64,000 bases of DNA from Flavobacteriaceae bacterium UBA1903 (lineage in GTDB: Bacteria > Bacteroidota > Bacteroidia > Flavobacteriales > Flavobacteriaceae): NCBI GenBank assembly GCA_002337605.1, contig DDGL01000016.1, positions 293,935 through 357,934 on the forward strand. Direction: 5' to 3'. The notes under the pieces are model-generated. The model saw nothing but the letters and a program-made list of their open reading frames with translations, was not told the origin of the DNA and did not search any database. Made by a program: the position numbers and the translations under genes. Position 1 is the first letter of the stretch, and every line of letters begins with the position of its first letter. Positions 56,030 through 64,000 of this stretch are shown piece by piece.

Positions 56030-56640
56030 ATAGCATTTTTTTTAGAGCGCTTTCCTACGAAAAAAGCAACAAGCGTTAAAAGCATTCCCAATCCCATTAA
56101 ATAACCGCCCAATCTTGGATACGAATAGGCATCGAAATTCAATAACTTTTTATGTCCCAAAAGTGGTGGTTTGTAGCTCATAGGCGTGCCATCCGGATTT
56201 TGAAGTTTCATAATGGCATTAGGGTCTAAGTTGGTACCGTAATCTACCATCCAAGCGTTAAAGTCGTACATACCCAATATGCCCAAGATGGTCATCACCA
56301 AAAACCAACCTAAGAACCAGCGATGGTCTACTTTTTTGAAAAACGCTAAAAGCCCAATAACAATGCCTAGTGCTGCCATACTGCCTATCACAATCGGGAA
56401 AACACTAAACTCCCACATATCACTAGGTTTTGGCAAGGTTTTCATACCGATATAGTGGTTTAACCCATCAATGTTCTGGATGTCAAATTCACTTTGTCCT
56501 TTTATGCCGTTTATGTATATGTTCATTCCCAAAGGTTCAGGGTATTGTGGTGCGCCCAGTTGTATATTCCATAATGGATATATGAAGAGTCCCAACAACA
56601 ACAGTGAGCCTATAATCATTAGTATACTTGCCTTTTTCAT
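56026..56640 (-). CDS. nosB: NosB-like membrane protein of clade II nos clusters
   Basis: 'PLWNIQLGAPQYPEPLGM', 'IDGLNHYIGMK', four TMs, directly after nosZ. Confidence 0.65.
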   Translation of the reverse strand: MKKASILMIIGSLLLLGLFIYPLWNIQLGAPQYPEPLGMNIYINGIKGQSEFDIQNIDGLNHYIGMKTLPKPSDMWEFSVFPIVIGSMAALGIVIGLLAFFKKVDHRWFLGWFLVMTILGILGMYDFNAWMVDYGTNLDPNAIMKLQNPDGTPMSYKPPLLGHKKLLNFDAYSYPRLGGYLMGLGMLLTLVAFFVGKRSKKNAI

Positions 56641-56692
56641 TTTAGCTGTTTTTATGGTGTAGTGCTTATGGGAAAGCGTTTTGATTTAAATA

Positions 56693-56720
56693 GCAGGCAG
56701 TAGATCGCCATACTGCCTGC
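56693..56720 (-). terminator. Stem-loop after nosZ (terminator or mRNA stabiliser)
   Basis: GCAGGCAGTA-N8-TACTGCCTGC. Confidence 0.7.
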
Positions 56721-56737
56721 ATAAAAACCAACCAATA

Positions 56738-58699
56738 TTAGTCTCCAAGAGACCAACTCAATTCTATGTTAGAATTTGCGGGTGAAACCCTAACATATCC
56801 CTGCATTTCTTGGTGCAATGCAGAGCAGAAATCTGTACAATAAAATGGCCAAACACCTACTTGCTTTGGCTCCCAAACCGATGTTTTGGTCTGCCCTGGC
56901 ATAACTAATAATTCTGAAGTGTTTTGTCCAATCATTGCAAAACCGTGCGGAACATCAAAATCCTGTTCGTGATTTGTGATGTGGAAATACACTTTGTCTC
57001 CCACTTTAATACCTTCTATATTATCGGGTGTAAAGTGACTACGTATGGTGGACATATAGATATGCACTTCGTTACCATCACGTGTTACTTTTGCCTCACC
57101 AGGGTTATTTATAGCATACGGGTGTTTGTTTTCGTCCAGTCTATAGATCTTTTTAGCCTTTGGTGCCAGTAATTCTGCTGGACAACCTGCTGCGTAGTGC
57201 GGTTCACCGTGCGTTGGGAAATCATAGATTAGTTCCATTTTTTCACCAGAGATATCGTAAATCTGTGCTGAATGTTCCATTTCTGGTCCTACAGGTAAAT
57301 ATCTGTCCTTGGTGATTTTATTTAAGGCAACTGCATACCCACCAAATGGTTTTCTGGAATTTCCGCCAGGAATCATTATATGACCTACAGAATAATAGGT
57401 AGGCTTTCTATCAACTACTTCCCAAGATCCCAATTTCCATTTTACTACTTCAGAAGAGATAAAGAAAGTAGTATAAGCATTTCCTTTGCCATCAAACTCT
57501 GTATGTAATGGGCCTAATCCACCACTTTTTACGGTTCCTGCCAATACGTCTTCAAACTTAAGGATTGGGATTCCGTATGCTTCACCATCAAATTTTTTGC
57601 CTTCAATAGCAGCGATCATATTATCGAAAGAGTGTACCGTAAGGTCTGCAGACAGTTTACCATTACCAATAATGTATTCTCCAGATGGATCTACATCACA
57701 ACCGTGTGGTGATTTTGGTGTAGGCAGAAAATATACTGCTCCTGGCACCTTTAATGGGTCAACCGTAAGCACTTCTTTTTTCATTGTGGTTGTTGCCATA
57801 TGCGTACTTTCATCATACACGTTATGGGCATAATTTGCAGGTACTTTAGTACCACCTCCATTGTTTACGTACTCTTCAATCTTTTTCCAGTTTACCGCTG
57901 CGATGAAATCCTTATCGTTTTGTGATGCATTCACTTCTTGAAGAGTATGGGCCTCTTCTGTATTATACGTAGTAAAGAAGAACCAACCGTGCGATTTTCC
58001 ACGCCCTGGGTGTGAAAGGTCGTAATTAAAGCCAGGCATCAAAAGCTGGAATTTAATATCCATATGGCCGTGCTCTGGATCTACACTTATAAACGATAGT
58101 GATCCTTTAAAGTTTTCTTTATAATCACTTATGGCCATATCACGTTGTGGAATAGGTACGGAAAAACGTGTCCCTGCCACTACATACTCTGTATTTTCTG
58201 TAATGAACGACGAACTGTGATTACCAGCACTATTAGGTACTTCTATGATTTCTTCTGTTTCAAAAGTACTTAGACTAATTCTCGCAATTCTTGGGGTGTT
58301 GTTCCCGTTTATAAAAATCCATCTTCCATCTAATTCTCCGTTGGTTTGAGAAATATCTGGGTGGTGAGAATCGTCCCAAGGCACAAATCCGTGCGATGTG
58401 TTGAGCATTGGTTTTGTTTCTTCAGAATAGCCGTACCCAGAAGTTGGGAATTGTGAGAAAACAGGTATTTCTTTGAACATTCTACCAGATGGTAAGCCGT
58501 ACACCGTTAGGTTACCACTATATCCACCAGACATAAATGCGTAATAATCGTCCTGTTCGCCAGGTGCAACATACATTTTCTCTGCTGCACTAGCGTTTAA
58601 TGCTCCATTAGAAGAATTTTGACCATTGTTGTTGCCGCAACTCGTGAGAAGCGCAAATGCTGCAATAATCGATAGTATATGAATTTTATATTTTTTCAT
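56738..58699 (-). CDS. nosZ: Sec-dependent (clade II) nitrous oxide reductase
   Basis: Lipoprotein-type signal 'LLTSC', no RR motif; CuZ His motifs (DSHH, NH, SPHG, GPLH, EPH); CuA 'CTDFCSALHQEM'. Confidence 0.96.
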   Translation of the reverse strand: MKKYKIHILSIIAAFALLTSCGNNNGQNSSNGALNASAAEKMYVAPGEQDDYYAFMSGGYSGNLTVYGLPSGRMFKEIPVFSQFPTSGYGYSEETKPMLNTSHGFVPWDDSHHPDISQTNGELDGRWIFINGNNTPRIARISLSTFETEEIIEVPNSAGNHSSSFITENTEYVVAGTRFSVPIPQRDMAISDYKENFKGSLSFISVDPEHGHMDIKFQLLMPGFNYDLSHPGRGKSHGWFFFTTYNTEEAHTLQEVNASQNDKDFIAAVNWKKIEEYVNNGGGTKVPANYAHNVYDESTHMATTTMKKEVLTVDPLKVPGAVYFLPTPKSPHGCDVDPSGEYIIGNGKLSADLTVHSFDNMIAAIEGKKFDGEAYGIPILKFEDVLAGTVKSGGLGPLHTEFDGKGNAYTTFFISSEVVKWKLGSWEVVDRKPTYYSVGHIMIPGGNSRKPFGGYAVALNKITKDRYLPVGPEMEHSAQIYDISGEKMELIYDFPTHGEPHYAAGCPAELLAPKAKKIYRLDENKHPYAINNPGEAKVTRDGNEVHIYMSTIRSHFTPDNIEGIKVGDKVYFHITNHEQDFDVPHGFAMIGQNTSELLVMPGQTKTSVWEPKQVGVWPFYCTDFCSALHQEMQGYVRVSPANSNIELSWSLGD

Positions 58700-58730
58700 C
58701 TGTTCTATATTTAAGGTTACTTGTTTTTTA

Positions 58731-59309
58731 TTAATTGGCTGTTGGTAAAATCACTTTGTCTACTACGTGCACGATACCATTTCCAGCTTTAACTGTGGCT
58801 ATGATTTTGGCACCACCTACGTACACATCGTCGCCTTTTACCTCCACGGTTGTGTTAGTATCATCTGCTTGACCCAATTTTTTGAAATTTTTCAAAAAAT
58901 CCTTGTCATAGTTTCCAGCAGTTACATGGTGCTTTAGGATAGTAGCCAGTTTTTGCTTATTCTCTGGTTTCAGAAGGTCTTCAACCGTGCCAGCCGGCAA
59001 TGCTTCAAAGGCTTCGTTAGTAGGTGCAAACACCATAAGCGGTCCTGCATTGACCAACGCATTTTCAAGGTCTGCGGCTTGAACGGCAGCCACAAGTGTG
59101 GTGTGGTCTGGTGAGTTCATTGCTATTTGTAGTACGTTGGGTTTTGATACATCTCCTCCGATAAATGCTTGTCCTTGCTCTTTTGAAGAAGTGGTTGATG
59201 TAGCTTCAGTATTTGAAACATTGGTATCACTTGTTTCGTCCTTACAACTATATAGTGTAAGGGTAAGAGCAAACAATCCTATTAAAAATTTTAAATTGCT
59301 TGGTTTCAT
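58731..59309 (-). CDS. Fasciclin (FAS1) domain lipoprotein
   Basis: Lipobox 'LYSC'; 'VFAPTNEAF', 'NGIVHVVDKVILP'. Confidence 0.88.
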   Translation of the reverse strand: MKPSNLKFLIGLFALTLTLYSCKDETSDTNVSNTEATSTTSSKEQGQAFIGGDVSKPNVLQIAMNSPDHTTLVAAVQAADLENALVNAGPLMVFAPTNEAFEALPAGTVEDLLKPENKQKLATILKHHVTAGNYDKDFLKNFKKLGQADDTNTTVEVKGDDVYVGGAKIIATVKAGNGIVHVVDKVILPTAN

Positions 59310-59316
59310 AATTTAT

Positions 59317-59826
59317 TTATTTTAAGGTTCTGAAATATTCTAAGATATCACGAGCTTGCTCTTTGGTCATATTTTGGTTTGCCATAGCAGCACCGTTAAA
59401 TTCAACTAAAAGGTCTTTTGCACATCTATCTTCAGCAACCATTAATTGTGGATCCAAAATCATATTCATAATCCATTCTGGGCTTCTTCTTTTCATAATG
59501 CCAGAAGGTGAAGGGCCAATAAAACGCTTTCCTATTTTATGGCAAGCTGTACAATTGGTTTTAAATATAGCTGCACCTCTTTCTACCATTGCATTGTCGA
59601 TAGTGGTAGGTAACTCTAGGTTTTTAATTTCCCCCACACCCTTGTTGTCCAAAGTAATTCTCTTGGAAGCTGGTACTTCATCAGATGTTGGTTCCTCAAC
59701 TTTAATAGATTTCACTTCAGGCTTTTGCCCTATTTGGATTCTTTCTTCTTTTTTTTCTTCTTTCCCTCCACAGCTTATGAGGATACCAACTGTGAAAAGG
59801 AATGCGAATTTGCCTATTGTTCTCAT
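59317..59826 (-). CDS. Monoheme cytochrome c lipoprotein
   Basis: Lipobox 'LISC'; 'CTACH'; distal Met 'AAMANQ'. Confidence 0.88.
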   Translation of the reverse strand: MRTIGKFAFLFTVGILISCGGKEEKKEERIQIGQKPEVKSIKVEEPTSDEVPASKRITLDNKGVGEIKNLELPTTIDNAMVERGAAIFKTNCTACHKIGKRFIGPSPSGIMKRRSPEWIMNMILDPQLMVAEDRCAKDLLVEFNGAAMANQNMTKEQARDILEYFRTLK

Positions 59827-59901
59827 TTTTTTGGGTTTAATTGTTTAAATCAGTTGACATTATTTTTAGTAATGGCCAGAAGGTCTTTCCTTTTGACACT
59901 A

Positions 59902-59976
59902 CAAATTTAGATGAGATACTAAGGGTAAAAGATGACTTTTGTCATATTTCGGACAATTTTATCTTTTTTATATTTG
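59902..59976. promoter_or_regulatory. Single Crp/Fnr-type box serving the nos operon and the rrf2 operon
   Basis: TGACTTTTGTCA 59933-59944; TAAATTTG at 35-bp offset (minus), TATATTTG at 59969 (+36). Confidence 0.85.
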
Positions 59977-59994
59977 CAGTATAAAATTTGATGT

Positions 59995-60429
59995 ATGTTT
60001 TCAAAAGCCTGTGAATATGGTATCCGTTCTTTGATCTTTATTGCAATGAAATCGAACGAGGGTAAACGGGTCAATATTTCAGCTATTTCAAAACAGATAG
60101 ATGGACCAGAAGCCTTTACCGCAAAAGTGTTGCAACAACTTGTAAAAGGCGGTGTGATCAAATCAATAAAAGGACCTCATGGTGGTTTTGAAATTACATC
60201 AGAAAGTATAGAGGCGACTACACTTGCAGATATAGTAGCGATTATCGATGGACCTAAAATTTATAGCGGCTGTGGGTTGGGGCTCAACGACTGTAACGAA
60301 GAAAAACCCTGTCCATTACATTTTCAATTTGCAGAAGTAAGAAACGGACTTAAAACAATGTTGGAAAATACGACGCTCCAAACCCTAGCTTTTGACCTAG
60401 AAGCCGGGACATCATTCTTAAAGCATTAA
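59995..60429 (+). CDS. Rrf2 family transcriptional regulator
   Basis: 'YGIRSL', 'KVLQQL...GVIKSIKGPHGGF', three Cys 'CGLGLNDC....PCPLH'. Confidence 0.9.
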   Translation: MFSKACEYGIRSLIFIAMKSNEGKRVNISAISKQIDGPEAFTAKVLQQLVKGGVIKSIKGPHGGFEITSESIEATTLADIVAIIDGPKIYSGCGLGLNDCNEEKPCPLHFQFAEVRNGLKTMLENTTLQTLAFDLEAGTSFLKH

Positions 60430-60456
60430 AAATTTAAATTCAATAAATAAAATAAT

Positions 60457-61203
60457 ATGGAAGCACTTAAAAAGAAAGAGATAGGGCGATTTGTAGCCGA
60501 AGATTTTAGAACAGCCGCAGTATTTTCTGAATACGGAATCGATTTTTGCTGTCGTGGCAACAGACCTCTGGACGAAGTTTGTGAGAAAAATAATATTGTC
60601 TTGGAAGATATTCTTGAAAAACTGGAAATCTCGTCCACACAAGTACAGCATAATGTGCAGGCTTTTAATACGTGGCCACTGGACTTACTGGTAACCTATA
60701 TTGAAAAGACCCATCATAAATATGTAGAAAGCAAGATACCAGTACTATCACAATTTTTAACCAAACTTTGCAAGGTTCACGGCGAACGCCATCCAGAGCT
60801 TATTGAAATTAACCGCTTATTTGAAGCCGTTGCGGGCGAGTTGGCACAGCATATGAAAAAAGAAGAATTGGTGCTTTTTCCACGTATTAAAAAGATGGTT
60901 GAAAGTATTGACGAAAATATACCTCTGGAACCAGCTCATTTTGGCACCGTGCAAAATCCCATTTCTATGATGGAACACGAGCACGACAATGCGGGGCAGA
61001 TCTTTAGAGATATTTCAAAACTTAGTGATGGATACACGCCACCAGAAGACGCTTGTAACACCTACAAAGTTACATTTTCTATGCTTGATGAGTTTGAAAA
61101 AGACCTTCATCTACATATTCACCTTGAAAACAATATTTTGTTTCCAAAAGCATTAAAAATGGAACAAAAGCTGATGTCAAGTAATCAAAGTTGTGCCCTC
61201 TAA
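60457..61203 (+). CDS. ric: Iron-sulfur cluster repair di-iron protein (Ric/YtfE/ScdA)
   Basis: 'GIDFCCRG', 'HHKY', 'HMKKEE..LFP', 'MEHEHD', 'HIHLENNILFP'. Confidence 0.93.
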   Translation: MEALKKKEIGRFVAEDFRTAAVFSEYGIDFCCRGNRPLDEVCEKNNIVLEDILEKLEISSTQVQHNVQAFNTWPLDLLVTYIEKTHHKYVESKIPVLSQFLTKLCKVHGERHPELIEINRLFEAVAGELAQHMKKEELVLFPRIKKMVESIDENIPLEPAHFGTVQNPISMMEHEHDNAGQIFRDISKLSDGYTPPEDACNTYKVTFSMLDEFEKDLHLHIHLENNILFPKALKMEQKLMSSNQSCAL

Positions 61204-61238
61204 GAGGTTTAAGACTTCATACATATTCTATAAAGCAG

Positions 61239-61625
61239 ATGGTAAAAACGATTGAAAACAGGGAAGATATTTCATTTCTGGTGCATAGTTTTTATGCGAA
61301 GGTGCGGAAGGATTCCCTTTTGGGTCCAATTTTTAACAGCCATATACCTGAAGAAAAATGGCCTGAACACCTTGAAAAGTTAACCGATTTTTGGGAAACC
61401 AATCTTTTTGGTATTGCAAAATTTAAGGGAAGTCCTACTCAAAAACACGTGAATGTGGACCGTAACCTAAACCATACCGTAGGCCAAAACCATTTTGGGC
61501 AATGGCTCAATTTGTGGTTTGAGACAATAGATATTCTTTTTGAAGGTCAACTGGCACAAAATGCGAAAGAAGCTGCCAGAAGAATGGCACACGGGCAGTT
61601 TATGGCTATCTGGAACCATCGATAA
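61239..61625 (+). CDS. Group III truncated hemoglobin
   Basis: 'LVHSFYAKVR.D.LLGPIF', 'HLEKLTDFW', 'KH', 'HFGQWL.LW'; start taken at MVKTI. Confidence 0.88.
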   Translation: MVKTIENREDISFLVHSFYAKVRKDSLLGPIFNSHIPEEKWPEHLEKLTDFWETNLFGIAKFKGSPTQKHVNVDRNLNHTVGQNHFGQWLNLWFETIDILFEGQLAQNAKEAARRMAHGQFMAIWNHR

Positions 61626-61664
61626 TACATTTAAAATAATTTATACTTTACGATGAACCTAGAA

Positions 61665-61697
61665 AAAGCCCTTTTGAGAATTACTCAAAAGGGCTTT
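61665..61697. terminator. Bidirectional intrinsic terminator
   Basis: AAAGCCCTTTTGAG-AATTA-CTCAAAAGGGCTTT. Confidence 0.85.
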
Positions 61698-61734
61698 GTT
61701 TATAGAACAGAGCTCTAAATACTAAAAATTAAAA

Positions 61735-61986
61735 TCAAATTAATTCTGTTTCTGAATCATTGATTTCATTATTTTTAACAGGAAATCCTTTAATGGGGTG
61801 TCCTATTTCAGCAAGACTCATTTCGAGCGATATCAAAGCATTGTGCGAAATGCAGTCCAAAATCAAATAGCCATTAGAGATATCTAACTGAGTGTTGGAT
61901 ATTCCTTCTATGCTCGCCGCTTTCTTCACTACGGTATCGGCACAATCTTTACACTTCAAAATATGTGATTTAAATTCAACTTTCAC
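61735..61986 (-). CDS. HMA-like domain protein
   Basis: 'LKCKDCADTV' CxxC; GTG start. Confidence 0.7.
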   Translation of the reverse strand: MKVEFKSHILKCKDCADTVVKKAASIEGISNTQLDISNGYLILDCISHNALISLEMSLAEIGHPIKGFPVKNNEINDSETELI

Positions 61987-62004
61987 AACCTTTAATCTTT
62001 AAGA

Positions 62005-62047
62005 CAAAATTAGAAGGTTTTTATCCTATGGATTATGACAAAAGTCA
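62005..62047 (-). promoter_or_regulatory. Crp/Fnr-type box + -7 element
   Basis: TGACAAAAGTCA 62036-62047; TAATTTTG at 35-bp offset on the minus strand. Confidence 0.85.
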
Positions 62048-62128
62048 GTTAGGTCTTTTTTTGATATGGCGTTTGCACAACCCTCGCATTTTAAACTTCA
62101 TCAAACGAATGTTGTGTTCATAGCAGGC

Positions 62129-62584
62129 TTAAAATTTTCTTATTCTTCCAGTTATCTCATCCATACTAATGGAAAATACAATTGGTATTTCGTCATTCTC
62201 TATTTTACTTGAGAATTCACTTAAAAAATTTAAATCCCTTAGTTCCTTACGTATAATTAATTCTTTTACCCCTAAAGAGAATTGATGAAGTAAGGCTTTT
62301 GCTGTACTTCCCGAGCTTTCCTCATACGTGCCTTTAATAAGGACTGATTTCCACTCATTAACAGATTCAATATCTGTGACAGAAAGAGAAACCGAATGGT
62401 TTTTACGCATAGCATTAATCTTGTGCCCGATAGCTGAATAACAGATGATTTTCTTCTGCTCTGCATTATAGAAATACGTAATTGGTACTACAATAGGTGT
62501 GTTTTGATGAATATATCCCAATGAACCAATGTAATTATTACTAAGTAGTAGCAAATTTTCGGTTTTGTCTAATCTCTTTGTCAT
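62129..62584 (-). CDS. Pyridoxamine 5'-phosphate oxidase-like protein (paralog of 32143-32598)
   Basis: Same length and motifs, shared 'GSTAKALLHQFSLGVK'. Confidence 0.85.
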   Translation of the reverse strand: MTKRLDKTENLLLLSNNYIGSLGYIHQNTPIVVPITYFYNAEQKKIICYSAIGHKINAMRKNHSVSLSVTDIESVNEWKSVLIKGTYEESSGSTAKALLHQFSLGVKELIIRKELRDLNFLSEFSSKIENDEIPIVFSISMDEITGRIRKF

Positions 62585-62605
62585 ATCATTGAATTTAATT
62601 CAACA

Positions 62606-62648
62606 TAAAATTAAACCGGCTGCCTTGAAAATTTTATGACTTATGTCA
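62606..62648 (-). promoter_or_regulatory. Crp/Fnr-type box + -7 element
   Basis: TGACTTATGTCA 62637-62648; TAATTTTA at 35-bp offset on the minus strand. Confidence 0.8.
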
Positions 62649-62737
62649 GCAAATCGATATTTCCTATTAAGAAGTATCGTGATTTAATAAATGGATGTCT
62701 TTTCAGAATCTCGTGATAGCATCAAAATAATTTAGAC

Positions 62738-62780
62738 TGACTTAAATCATCTTTTTTATGCAACAGGTCTCATAATTTTG
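62738..62780 (+). promoter_or_regulatory. Crp/Fnr-type box + -7 element
   Basis: TGACTTAAATCA 62738-62749; TAATTTTG at 62773 (+35). Confidence 0.85.
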
Positions 62781-62804
62781 TAACAACATTTAAAACCAGA
62801 TACT

Positions 62805-63638
62805 ATGAAAACCATTTTAATTCCTATAGATTTTAGCAGCACCAGTAGTAAGGCTTTAGAAATAGGTGCTACGATAGCAAAACGTATTTCTGCCAAGATT
62901 GTGCTTACACATATGGCGGGAATAGAAAAAGGTGTTTTAACAAGGACGACTAACTTTGAGGAAACATTATACCATACCAAGCTTGCAGAAAAACAGTATA
63001 GTGAGTTATTGAAGCAACCTTTTTTAGAAGGCATACTTGTAGAACCTGTTCTACAAAAAACATTGAATTTTTCAAGTATCAATAATTTTGCAAAGGATAT
63101 AGATGCATCGCTTATTGTGATGGGGTCTCACGGCAGTAGTGGCTTAAATGAAATTTTTAAAGGAAGTAATGCAGAAAAGGTGGTGCGAAGTTCAGAAATT
63201 CCTTTGCTCGTAGTAAAAGAAAATGAACTTGCTTTTGCGCCCGAAAGATTAATTTTTGCAAGCAATTTTGACGAAGAAGCCTGTGACGCCTATTCTAAAA
63301 TCGTCGAGATAGCTGAATTATTATCTGTTCAAATAGAATTACTATACGTTAACTTACCTGGAAAAGAGTTTATTAGCACCATAGAAATGGACGAAAAACT
63401 ACTGCGTTTTTTCAACAAAGTAAATCATCCAGACCCGGTAAATGCTATTAAAACAGTAAATCGGGTTGCAGATTACAGCGTAGAGGAAGGTGTTTTCAAT
63501 TTTGCATCATTATCAGGTGCAGATATCATCGCCATTCCCACACACGGTCGTATGGGACTGTCCCATTTATTGAATGGTAGTATAGGTGAAGACATTGCAA
63601 ACCACTCAACACTTCCGGTTCTTACGGTAAAGATTTAA
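62805..63638 (+). CDS. Universal stress protein (paralog of 31254-32087)
   Basis: 'ILIPIDFS', 'MGSHGSSG', 'GSNAEKVVR', 'PTHGRMG'. Confidence 0.92.
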   Translation: MKTILIPIDFSSTSSKALEIGATIAKRISAKIVLTHMAGIEKGVLTRTTNFEETLYHTKLAEKQYSELLKQPFLEGILVEPVLQKTLNFSSINNFAKDIDASLIVMGSHGSSGLNEIFKGSNAEKVVRSSEIPLLVVKENELAFAPERLIFASNFDEEACDAYSKIVEIAELLSVQIELLYVNLPGKEFISTIEMDEKLLRFFNKVNHPDPVNAIKTVNRVADYSVEEGVFNFASLSGADIIAIPTHGRMGLSHLLNGSIGEDIANHSTLPVLTVKI

Positions 63639-63641
63639 AAA

Positions 63642-64000
63642 ATGATAGATCATAACCCTTTGCAGGAATTTCATAAGCTGTTCTGCAAAGCCAATGACCA
63701 TAGCAACGGTTCCGAAGTAAATGCAATGCTTCTTACCACAATAGGACAAGATGGTTTTCCCCATTCTCGGACGGTATTACTTAAGAAATACGATTGGGAT
63801 GGGTTAACATTATTCACAAATTACGACAGTAAAAAAGGACGTGACATTGCTTATAATAATCGAGTTCATTTGTTGTTTCAATGGCAGCATAATTCAACTG
63901 AAATCCATATCGAAGGACTCGCAGAGAAATTACCAGAAGCTATTTCGCAGAATTATTTTAGTGTACGTCCAAGAGAAAGTAAATTAGGTGCCTACGCCTC
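63642..64000 (+). CDS. pdxH: Pyridoxamine 5'-phosphate oxidase, 5' part (runs off window)
   Basis: Translated by hand: 'NAMLLTTI...GFPHSRTVLLK', 'FTNYDSKKG', 'YFSVRPRESKLGA'. Confidence 0.85.
   Translation, partial: MIDHNPLQEFHKLFCKANDHSNGSEVNAMLLTTIGQDGFPHSRTVLLKKYDWDGLTLFTNYDSKKGRDIAYNNRVHLLFQWQHNSTEIHIEGLAEKLPEAISQNYFSVRPRESKLGAYA

Noticed and set aside
62714-62724. TGATAGCATCA as an 18th regulon box
   Set aside because: Spacer is 3 nt rather than 4, and no -7 element at the 35-bp offset
759-63082. Numerous 60-160 aa ORFs overlapping or antisense to assigned genes (e.g. 1270-1692, 26233-26697, 37479-37868, 59363-59848)
   Set aside because: Shadow frames of well-supported genes with no recognisable motifs or independent start context

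Overview
Flavobacteriaceae-type (Bacteroidota) chromosomal window in three parts. (1) 1-3.4 kb: a small metabolic cluster (SemiSWEET, YqcI/YcgG heme N-hydroxylase family, PaiB, DUF1989). (2) About 3.6-24 kb: a visibly AT-rich, integrase-less defence island, nearly all on the minus strand. It holds a type I R-M system (hsdR/M/S) interleaved with PD-(D/E)XK nucleases, two KAP NTPases, a DUF262 + DUF262/DUF1524 (GmrSD-like) pair, a GIY-YIG-like nuclease and a membrane-anchored double nuclease. It ends at a tRNA-Met 3' fragment with 12-bp-periodic repeats. Inside it, cargo genes are separated by progressively decayed copies of the hsdS 3' end, which looks like a cassette-accretion array. (3) About 25.7-64 kb: a low-oxygen/dormancy region (8 USPs, HPF, Hsp20, Mla ABC, deoCD, FixL-like PAS kinase + REC-Crp/Fnr regulator, clade II nos cluster, Rrf2-Ric-truncated Hb). 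In this region 17 intergenic palindromes TGAY-N4-RTCA (one is TGAG) lie at an essentially fixed 35-bp offset from a Bacteroidota -7 promoter element, defining a probable regulon directly from sequence. All protein family calls come from motif recognition by eye; no database searches were run.
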